This document shows, piece by piece, positions 26,208-37,998 of a stretch of DNA of 64,000 nt (positions are counted from its first letter, which is position 1; every line of letters starts with the position of its first letter). Under the pieces are notes generated by a model. The model had not been told where the DNA came from, made no database searches, and worked only from the letters and a program-made list of their open reading frames with translations. Made by a program: the position numbers and the translations under genes. This DNA comes from Octopus vulgaris (lineage: Eukaryota): the NCBI GenBank assembly GCA_951406725.2, contig OX597819.1, positions 104,098,001 to 104,162,000 of the forward strand, written 5' to 3'.

Positions 26208-26513
26208 GTATATGTTTTTATTTGTGATTAAAACTTCTTCATTCAATCTTCTTGTGTTATAAAGTTATGTATATATTATATACACTCTTCGGCACTCTCG
26301 TATCACTCTTTGCTTCTTATCAACTTCTTTCAAGTTCTACACCGCTAACTTTTTAAAGTGCGTAAGCTCACTTCCACCTTATTAACCATTGATCAAGTAC
26401 CTTTATATTTGATCTTCTGGGATATTTTCATCACAACTTTTTACCCAATATCATCATTTGGTATTGAGCGTTTGGATAATCTTCGGTATTGCTCGTTTGG
26501 AAAAAGCCATATA

Positions 26514-26840
26514 TCTTATATATATATAAAATAGACCTCTGTGTGTGTGTTCGCTTTTCACACGAAAACGGCTACACGAATTGGTTCCTCCAGAGCAATT
26601 GAAGAAACTGTTGTCATCAACTGACCAAGATTCTAAACACTTCCAAAACAATACAACGCTTCACTACAGGTGACATCATTCGGAGCCACAAAAGAAATAA
26701 CTGAGCCAGGATTCATGCAAACTTTCAAGATCCAAGGGCAGATTTATCATCGGATTGGCTAACTACTACCTCTGTCAAATGAACCTGAGATACAATAACA
26801 TGGTTTTGATTTTTTTTTAATAAATAATATTGCTTTATAT
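26514..26840 (+). mobile_element. Helitron 5' end carrying a short RepHel fragment (26589-26785)
   Basis: TC-tatatatataaa-tgtgtgttcgcttttcacacgaaaacggct 5' motif; the internal segment duplicates 28703-28902. Confidence 0.75.
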
Positions 26841-26844
26841 AAGA

Positions 26845-27241
26845 CTAGCAGTATCGCCCGGCGTTGCTCGGGTTTGTAAGGGAAATAACTATATAAGCAT
26901 TTTTAGAGAGTTATAGCCAAAAAATAGCAAAAAAATGCATTAAAAATGGAAAAAAAATTATGGTAAATTTTTTTTTAATCGTTGACTCGTCGTATACATT
27001 TTTAGAGAGTTACTTCCCTTATATAATAGCGAAAAAATGCATTAAAATGGTAAAAAATTATGGTAATATTTTTTTTAAATCGTAGTCTCATCGTAGACGC
27101 GCGCTAATACTCAGAAGGGCTAGATATGGATAACGACTATAAGATACCCGGTTTTGGTTAAACTGCACCGCAAAATGTGGGAGTAGTTAGGAATCTAAAT
27201 CGTAGGAGACAGACACACAACCTCTCTTTTATATATAAAGA
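26845..27241 (-). mobile_element. Non-autonomous Helitron, family H1 copy 2
   Basis: Reverse complement of copy 1, with A|TC...CTAG|T ends. Confidence 0.92.
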
Positions 27242-27574
27242 TTAGCTTCTTTAAGAAGGTTCTTCCATGTCAACTTCTGGTACTGACGTAGCAACTGCGG
27301 CTAGCTTGACAATCACAAGTATGTCTGACGTAGCAACTGTGGCTAGCTACGCACACACAGGTGTGTATACAATACACCGTTGATGAATATTTACATTTTA
27401 ACCGTTTCTATTTCATTTCAGCCGCATTATTCTTTTGGTTCCTGGGGAAATACGTGAATGTCACAGCTCCTTTATATTTCTAGCTTGAAACTCTTACTCT
27501 TCACGTTCCTCATAAAACATTTTGTGTGTGTTGGAACTACGTTTTAATGTCTTTCTTCTTAGGATTTCTGTTAC

Positions 27575-27846
27575 TATCTATCTAAAGTTTTTTCTCTCTC
27601 TCTCTCTCAAATCTCTATCTATCTGCCTACCTACCTACCTACCTACCTACCTACCTACCTACCTACCTATCTAGCTAGCTAGCCAGCTACCTAGCTACCT
27701 AGCCAGCTACCTTGCCATGTGTGTGTTCATTTTTCACGCGAAAATGGCTGCACGAATTAGTACCATATTTGGGGTGCAGGAATAAATTGATCTGAGACTC
27801 AATAATGTGGTCTTGATTTATTTTTTATTAAAAATAAATAATATTA

Positions 27847-27906
<60 letters not shown>

Positions 27907-28902
27907 TCACTTCTTTACTAAATGTACTTTCTCTCACTCTTCCTTCTTCACTCTCTCACACCTCTTTCTTATTCACTCTCTCTCTCTCTCACCCCCTCTT
28001 CCTTCCTTACTCTATCACTAACTCAACTTCTTTCGATTTTACAAATATCTATTTTCAATATTTGGGTAGCGCATTCCCTATTTAACTTCTCATTGTACTT
28101 CCTCTCTTTCTATCTCTTACTCTATCATTCTCTCTTTATTCTGTCTCAACCATTCTTGCTAGCGTTTACCGTTTTAACGATTTCTGGCACCAAGTAAATT
28201 ATTACAGCTATTTTTCATTGTTTACAATCTTCTGTACCGGTATATTTGTGTATGAGTAAATAAGCATGCCTAGAAGGAACGTGTCAAATTTGTCTCCAGT
28301 GTCAAGGTCAGCCAAAGGAATGTCTCTGTCGATGGAAAGAGAGACAGCTGGAAAAAAAAGGAAAGCATACCAAGAAAGAAACGAACTGTGCACTACTACA
28401 GCCAGAGCATCTGAGAATGAGGCTAGAGCTGTGCATTAAAAAATGGTGTTGCTCGGGCATCTCTAAGTGCTGAATAGAGGTATGCACGCCTGACAAGGCG
28501 TAGGATTTCCACTGCAGAAGGAAGAGTAGTTACATCAGCTCAGAGAAGCAACTTCTATGAAACAGCTTTAAACTACGATCCAGCAGTTAATTACGCAGAT
28601 GACACTAAAGTTTACAACTGTAAAGCAAAGAAGTGGCCTGGAGAGATACCTGAACTGTGCTGCTGCGGTGGAAAGGTTGAACTCTCTGCAATGCTCCAGC
28701 CTCTAGAGCAATTGAAGAAACTGTTGTCATCAACTGACCAAGATTCTACGCACTCCCAAAACAAACAATACAACGCTGCACTGCAAATGACATCATTCGG
28801 ACCCACAAAAGAAATAACTGAGCCAGGATTCATGCAAACTTTCAAGATCTAACGGCAGATTTATCATCGGATTGGCTCTCTACTACCTCTGTCAAATGAA
28901 CC
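27575..28902 (+). mobile_element. Decayed autonomous-type Helitron, 5' portion
   Basis: 5' motif tgtgtgttcatttttcacgcgaaaatggct followed by RepHel N-terminal coding remnants. Confidence 0.7.
28400..28902 (+). pseudogene. Helitron RepHel N-terminal fragment
   Basis: CKAKKWPGEIPELCCCGGKVEL zinc-finger motif; YNAALQMTSFG and TFKI*RQIYHRIGSLLP; frameshifted. Confidence 0.85.
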
Positions 28903-29016
28903 ATTGAGTGTTAAAAGTATTAATTTCTGAGAAATACACTAATCTTACACTACAAGCAAAGAATACTGTGTTAATGCTATGAGTTTACAACCCGAGTGAA
29001 ACCGGGCCCTTCTGCT

Positions 29017-29089
<73 letters not shown>

Positions 29090-29469
29090 GTGTGTGTGTA
29101 TGTATATGTATATACACATATAAATACACACCTACATATATATACCGCATACATATAAGACAACTAAGTATAAGTATGTGTGTATATGTATACATGTATA
29201 TAATCTAATATTTATTTTTATGTTATATATGAAAACAACTCATCATTAAGTCGAACTATTATTACTTTTTAATAGAATACATACGCATTAATTTTTATAA
29301 AACAAAGGTTGACTGTGGCTTTGAAGTTTCGATTTTCTCACTGTCATCAAACTGTCAATCCAAGTTGGTTCAAAACCAATATACATTCTACAAATTGTTT
29401 GTTCGTTTCCGTCTGAGCTATAAAAGGTCTTTGAATATTTTTGTTGGTCGTAATCATTCATACGAGTAT

Positions 29470-29565
29470 GTAATTCCTGACGAAGAATCTACTTTTACTT
29501 CATGAAAAGTTTTTCGTTTTTGTCTTTGGAATTAATTAGACTCCGAAACAATATGTAGAATGTAC
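29470..29565 (+). ncRNA. Type I hammerhead ribozyme motif with long helix II
   Basis: gta-attc-CTGACGA-a-gaatct..(45 nt)..agactc-c-GAAA-ca-ata-tg-TA^gaat-g-tac; helices I, II and III all pair, with mismatches at the base of helix II. Confidence 0.7.
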
Positions 29566-29783
29566 ATTTGTTCTGTACCAACCTAGATTATGAATTTAAG
29601 TTCGTCTGCACCTACAATTTTTCCTTTTCTTATATTTCATTTATTGTTTTTGCAAATACTGAATATATATTTTTATATATATTATTTAGTTGGACTGCAC
29701 CGGCGGACTTGGATGTTTGACATCCTTTTGAAGGATTTCAGTCCTCAACTCTTTTACATATACATATACATACACACACACAC

Positions 29784-29821
<38 letters not shown>

Positions 29822-30114
29822 ACATATAAATATGTATACACTAAGATCCACGTGCAAAATATATATGTATATGTGTGAATGTGTGTGTGTTTGTGAGTGC
29901 GTGTGTGTGTGTATGTCTGTGTGTATATATATATATATATATACACATATGTACCTTTATATACATAGGTATGAATGTATATATATGTATACATTTTTAC
30001 ATTTTTCTTCGTACATATATGAATGGTATATATATATATATACATACATATTTACATATATATATATACATATATATATACGTATATATATGCATATTTA
30101 TATATATACGTACT

Positions 30115-30166
<52 letters not shown>

Positions 30167-30247
30167 CACTTCCACACACATATACACACATGCACGCGTA
30201 CTCGCACATATGTATATGTTCATATACATGTATATTTTGCATGCATG

Positions 30248-30281
<34 letters not shown>

Positions 30282-30361
30282 TGTATGTATGTATGTATGT
30301 ATATATGTATGAATGTATGCATGCATGCATGCATGTATGTATGTATGTATATGTATGTATC

Positions 30362-30434
<73 letters not shown>

Positions 30435-30917
30435 TGATTACCTTTTTTTAGAATCTATGACTAAAAATGTCACAATACTCCCGGGACTTGGTGCGTTGAT
30501 TTACCTACGTTTTCACTAATTACAACACAAACTGTTAATAGCATTATTACCTGCACAAACACTTATTCGCCTCGCCATAATTATTGCTGGCACGCCAAAC
30601 CCATCAAGTATATTCTATTAAAATATCTACAGCTGCAGTAACAACAACAACAACAAAAACAAGCGTAACGCAGCAACATCAATAATATATAAGAACTAAA
30701 AGTGATGTTCATAATGAGACAATAAGTAAACCCGAAGATAAATAGAATAAGGAAGACGATAAGAATAAGGCACAATGAAAGATTACCAGAGACAGCAGAG
30801 TTCCATTTATAGCTAATAATTCCCGTAATCCCTTAGTTTTTTGAGTGAATGAAATTTTTTAATTATGTATTTTTCTTTTTCTAAAATTGACTGTTGTAGG
30901 AAAGTATCACTCACACA

Positions 30918-31013
<96 letters not shown>

Positions 31014-31336
31014 TATGTCTAGTTTTCTGCTTGTTCTGCTTTCGTCTAACTTTCTCTCTTTGTTGTGTTGTGTCTGTTCAACCCTTGATATACACACACA
31101 CAGACACACACACACATTCATACATATATGCAAACATACATATATGCGTATGCATTTGAAAATATATATGCATATAATAACTGCATGCATAATGCTTATG
31201 TATATATATATATATGTATTTATATATTAATATACATGTATATTAATATATATATATATATATATATGTATTTATATATTAATATATGTATATATGAATA
31301 TGTATGTATATATACATATATATGTATATATACATA

Positions 31337-31413
<77 letters not shown>

Positions 31414-31434
31414 GAATATGAATATTTAAGCATA

Positions 31435-31783
31435 TATGTGGTCTGATCCATAAGTCTGATCCATAAGTATGTGGATTTGTTGCCATAGTAACGAAGCTAA
31501 AGCATGGAGAGTAAAGCCGTTTAGCAAAGATTGATCTTTATCTCCGCTGTGCCTGCGCACAAAGTTTTAACATTCTAGCTCACGTCTGCTGCTTACAACA
31601 GTGCTTGGAAGGAACGTGTGTAGCGTGTGATCGTTGCATTGACTATGACGAAGAAAGTCGAGCAGAGAATCTGCATCAAATTTTGCCAAAAGCTTGGCGG
31701 TACCTGCAAAGTTTTCAAAAAGTTTTCATCGTTCTCAACCCATTCAAGGAGATCTTGTGCAACTGAAACTCGTGTGTCATTTT
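31435..31783 (+). mobile_element. Tc1/mariner 5' remnant (family of 16850-17440) joined to an inverted internal piece
   Basis: MTKKVEQRICIKFCQKLGGTC on +, then QNDTRVSVAQDLLEWVENDENF on the minus strand. Confidence 0.8.
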
Positions 31784-31794
31784 GGTATATATAT

Positions 31795-32576
31795 ATACCG
31801 GAGTAAGCACATAAATGTGAAACAAGGTGGAAAGAAGAGTACTCAAATACCAGAGGTAAAGTAATATGCTTCATTTAAAAGCAGCTGAAATATAACAAAA
31901 GCTGTTACTCAGAGTTTCACGTTCTCGCTCGTCGGACAGTTTTGTTAAAATAGAACAGAAACAACGATATGATCCAAACTAGTTAAAGGATACACCTTTA
32001 AAAATGGATTTGTTTCATTGGTCCTTTCAATTAACGGTCTTAAGCATGCAATGAACAAAATAAACAAAATAAATGGAATATAAATTCATCCTATTATAAA
32101 AATCGAAGAAAACCTTAAATCGAAGAGTGGATTCAAAATATATATTGGAAATAATTATATACGAAATATAATTCAATTAACACATTAAAATTAAAATTTT
32201 CACGCAGCGTTACATAAATATTTTAGAACAGTTTATACACATACTAGACCATCTATATATATAGATCAAAATACACATACGCATGCACACAGACCACATA
32301 CATATACAGGCATATATATGTAAGACAAATATACGCACAAATACACATATACAGATGTATATATATATATATATATATATGTACGCAATCATGTTCGCAT
32401 ACGAACATCTCTTGGTTTATACATAAAGAAGTTATAACAGGCAAGCTAGATGAGAAGTATCTTTCAAACGTAGGGAGGGGTAAAGAAAAAGGAAAGGAAA
32501 GATCTTAAACGTAACAGTTGGTGAAGGAAACAAGTAAGGGGGAGAGAAGTGGAACACATTATTAAATGATGCTATA
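31795..32576 (-). mobile_element. Inverted pseudo-LTR of the Penelope-like element
   Basis: 32345-32576 is the reverse complement of 35065-35288, and 32250-32350 of 36157-36260; contains an HHR. Confidence 0.85.
31893..31947 (-). ncRNA. Type I hammerhead ribozyme motif with variant core CCGACGA
   Basis: taacaaaa-ctgt-CCGACGA-gcg-agaa-cgt-GAAA-ctctgag-TA^acag-c-ttttgtta; helix I is 12 bp with one bulge. Confidence 0.75.
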
Positions 32577-34386
32577 AATTCCGTAAATACAGCAACCAAT
32601 TACAGAAAAATTAGAGAAATTAACAGCTCGAATAAGATCTTCGTTAATTCTGATAAGACAAAAACCTTATACACGTTTTATAAAGACGTTTACAAGCGTC
32701 TAATTTCGAATAGCATCACATGCAAAAAAGATAACGCAAATTTATACAAAGAGGTGAATTTGGAGGCAAGAAGAATAGCTGACAATCTTAAGATTAGCGA
32801 TAGGATAGAATATCTTCCCCCCCTACCCGCCTTTATTACCCTAAAAGACCATAAAGTAAATTTTAATAGAAGCCCTAAATGTAGATTGATTAATCCGGCG
32901 AAAACTGAAATAGGTATTATTAGCAAATAAATTTTAGATCGTATTTTAACCAAGTTAGATAGTGAATTAAATTTGAGAATTTGGAAAAATAGTAAGTCAG
33001 TAATAGATTGGTTTAAAGGGATTAGCCATAAGCATAACTACAAATTTACGCACCTTAATATTGTTGACTTTTACCCGTCAATATCTAGGCCTTTACTCCT
33101 AAAAGCATTAGACTTCGCCAAGCAGTATGTCAACATCGATAACTTGGAAATAGATATTATCATACATGCGAGGAAATCACTTCTTTTTTTACGAGGATTC
33201 TACCTAGGTCAAAAAGAGTGAGGATTCTCTTTTCGATGTATCAATGGGGGCATACGACAGGGCTGAGTTATGTGTGCTCATAGGAGCTTATATTTTGTAC
33301 AATCTAAAGCTAGAATTCCCGTTTATAGACGCAGGATTATATTGGGATGACGGCCTTATAGTTATCCATAATTTAAATGGCCATAAATTAGACAAGCTTA
33401 GGAAGGATCTAATGGATTTCTTCCAAAGGATGGGCTTACGGATTACGATAGATTCTAACCTTAAAAGTGTAGATTTTTGAGATGTAAATTTAGACTTACA
33501 GTCGAATAAATTCAAACCTTACCTTAAGCCTAATGATAAACTATCTTATATTAGCAAAGAATCCAATCATCCGCCAGTTATTTTTAGGAACTTTGTCAGT
33601 AATGTAGATAGACGAATATCGTCAATTTCTTCGGATGAGGCAGCATTCCAAAATGCCGCACCTTATTACAATAGCGCATTAAGGAATAGTGGATTCTCTG
33701 AGATCTAGTATAACCAACTTAACGCTAGCAGTAATGCTACACGTAAAACTAGGACCAGGAAGATTTTATGGTTTAACCCAGCTTTCAAATGTGGCCGTAA
33801 AAACAAATATAGGTAGGGAATTCTTAAAATTAGTCTTTAGACACTTTCAACCTGACTATAAGTTTTATAGAATATTTAATAGACGAACGCTTAAGATCAG
33901 CTATTCTTGCTGCAAAAACTTAGCCTCTTTTATTAACCAACACAACAATAAGATTACTGCAAATAATCATAGTGCCGATTCTTTTCCTAAAAATTGCAAT
34001 TGCAAAGGTGGGACCTCCTGTCTGTTGGAAGGAAAATGTCTGGAGAAAGGAATCGTGTATAGAGCCAAAGTGCAGATAGAAGGCTCACACGAATATAGAA
34101 CTTACACAGGGGCTTCTGAAAATTCTTTCAAAACCCAATTTTATTCTCATAGAAATTCCTTCCGATACCTCGAAAATAGGACAAAGACAAGCCTGGCAAA
34201 ATATGTCTGGGAATTAAAAGACACGGTACGCATAAAAGATCCCTCAAATGCGATTTATGTCTGTTGGAAAAATTGTATATTTTAATCCAGGACAATAACG
34301 CTTTGACTCAAAGACGCGAACTCTTGAATTCCTGCAGACATGCAACAAAATTCAAAATGTCGGCTAAAAATATACAATATGGATAG
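32577..34386 (+). pseudogene. Penelope-like element ORF (reverse transcriptase plus C-terminal GIY-YIG endonuclease), probably Naiad clade; 5'-truncated with stops and frameshifts
   Basis: SDKTKNLY, AFITLKDHK, IVDFYPSI, MGAYDRAEL, GLYWDDGL, SNHPP, CNC...CLLEGKCL..IVYRA...TYTGASENSFK, CDLCLLEK and CRH motifs. Confidence 0.93.
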
Positions 34387-35350
34387 TATATGTTTTTTGA
34401 TTCTTGAACTAGTTTTTAATCACACTGTTGGATTCGTATCTAATAATACATGATTTATTTCGCATCGCAAAGATATTGTATATATTTCGACATATTTCTT
34501 AAGAAAACCTTCGACTGTTATATGCATATATTATTTTCATTTTTAAGATTCTATTTTTATTTTATTTTATTGTATTTTATAAACCCATTTAATCGTTTAA
34601 TTTATAGATAATTCGATAAAGGGTGTTCTATTTTGCATGTCATTTATCCGAATTTTATTATTATACACTCAGCAATTTTTAAAATAAGTTGTTTGTATAT
34701 ATACGCCAGGAGCTAGATATCTTTTTATGTGGATGTCTGTATTGTTGGCATGCATATGTATTTGTATGTGTGCGTCTATGTATATGTGTAAGTAAGCGCG
34801 TATGTTTATACTTGTGCACATACATACATGGATGTATATGTATGCATGTATACACTTATATTTATGTAGATGTGTATTTACGTGCATATTTCTATATATT
34901 TATATGTGATCTTATATGTGTATTTATGCTAATATACACTTTTGTATACTCATATATACGTAATTTTATTTTATGTACGTTTGTTACACTTATTCCACCA
35001 CCTATCAATCTCTCTTTTATCTTTCCTTACGAGAAATATCCTTTTTCTCCCTATTTGTGACTTGTATAGTGTCATTTAATAATGCGTTCCTCTTCTCTTC
35101 CCCTTACTTACCTGTTTCCCTCACCAACTGTTACGTTTAAGATCCTTCCTTTCCTTTTTCTTCCCTCCTCCCTACGTTTAAAATATACTTCTCATCTAGC
35201 TTGTCTGTTATAACTTCTATATGTATACACCAAGAGATGTTCGTATGCGAGCGTGGTTGCGTACATATATATATACATCTGTATATGTTCATACAGCACC
35301 AGGGGAGAAGACAAAGAAACAAAATAAACTATCAAAAAAAATATTTGATA

Positions 35351-35409
35351 ATTCCAGATTCCGGATTTCTGGCTCTACATAAGAAATGCTTTGCCTTCAT
35401 CAGTGGAAT
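35351..35409 (-). ncRNA. Type I hammerhead ribozyme motif
   Basis: attcca-CTGATGA-a-ggc-aaa-gcat-ttctt-atgt-aga-gcc-a-GAAA-tccgga-ATC^tggaat; 6-bp helix I and palindromic tccgga in helix III. Confidence 0.8.
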
Positions 35410-35446
35410 ATACGCAAAATAGTACATAAATACAATTATATATATA

Positions 35447-35496
<50 letters not shown>

Positions 35497-35499
35497 CAA

Positions 35500-35545
<46 letters not shown>

Positions 35546-35654
35546 ATATTTCGGAATGGTCATATTGCCAGTTTAGCCAATAAAAACACGCACTATATAT
35601 TTGGTGTTATTTTGCTTCAGTGATATTTATTTTTACATTAATCTTAATCTTATT

Positions 35655-35698
35655 TCGCAAAGTTCTTTCGTCACACTCCTGTGACCGCATCAGTGGTC
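35655..35698 (-). ncRNA. Hammerhead-like relic with core CTGATGC
   Basis: acca-CTGATGC-g-gtcac-aggagt-gtgac-GAAA-gaac-TT-tg; perfect 5-bp helix II but weak helix I. Confidence 0.4.
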
Positions 35699-35838
35699 CT
35701 TTGTTTTCTTTCACTTACTTGTGTCTCTCCTTACTAACCGTCTAATAAATATCACTGAAGCAAAATAACACCAAATATATAGTGCGTGTGTTTTTATTGG
35801 CTAAACTGGCAATATGACCATACATACAAACATATATA

Positions 35839-35875
<37 letters not shown>

Positions 35876-36261
35876 ATTAATGTACTATTTTGCGTATATG
35901 CAGAGCCAGAAATGCGGGATCTGGAATTTTGCTAGTTTATTTTGTCTCTTTGTCTTCTCTCCTAGGGCTGTATGAACTTTTAATGTGGTTTTAGAATAAA
36001 GTTTTGACTACTAAATCTAGCATGGTGGTTTCTCTTTGATACCCTTAATTATCATTTTAATAATTATTACCTATGAGGTTTTTATTCCCATGCTAGCCAT
36101 CTGATATGATCGGTATTTTCAATAACGATCTTATCCTTATTTATATAAATTTACATGTGTATATGTGTATTTGTGCGTATATTTATGTCTTACATATATA
36201 TGCTTGTATTTGTATGTGGTTTGTGAGCATGCATATGTGTATTTTGATGTATATATGTATA

Positions 36262-37742
<1,481 letters not shown>

Positions 37743-37819
37743 TACACACACATACAAAGATAAATTGATAGATACAACTGATTGGGCAAACAAAAATATG
37801 AGACACAGCCTAGTGCTTC

Positions 37820-37995
37820 TGTATGTTGATAAGCCTGGTACTTATTCTATTGGTTTGTTCTTGTGAAACCAGTAAGTTAAGCAGATGTAAATAAATTAAC
37901 AGCAGTTGTAAAGCAGTGATGAGGGTGAAACACAGAGACAAAGACACACACATATATAAGATTGATGTGTTTCAGTTCCTGTCTACGAAATCCAT
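37820..37995 (-). mobile_element. SINE family B, partial
   Basis: aagcctggtacttattctat...tttcagttcctgtctacgaaatcca. Confidence 0.7.
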
Positions 37996-37998
37996 ATA

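Larger units (their letters stand above)
35289..36152. mobile_element. Nested fold-back insertion carrying HHR motifs, inside the PLE 3' region
   Basis: Outer inverted repeat 35287-35433/35872-35977 and inner inverted repeat 35556-35631/35744-35821; flanked by acatctgtatatgt (35275) and acatgtgtatatgt (36153). Confidence 0.8.

Noticed and set aside
27283-27349. 24-bp direct repeats with a 19-bp spacer
   Set aside because: Only two units, inside Helitron-associated sequence; not an array.
33478-33480. Selenocysteine TGA in the PLE ORF
   Set aside because: It falls at a conserved Leu position (DFLDV) in an ORF with other stops and frameshifts.
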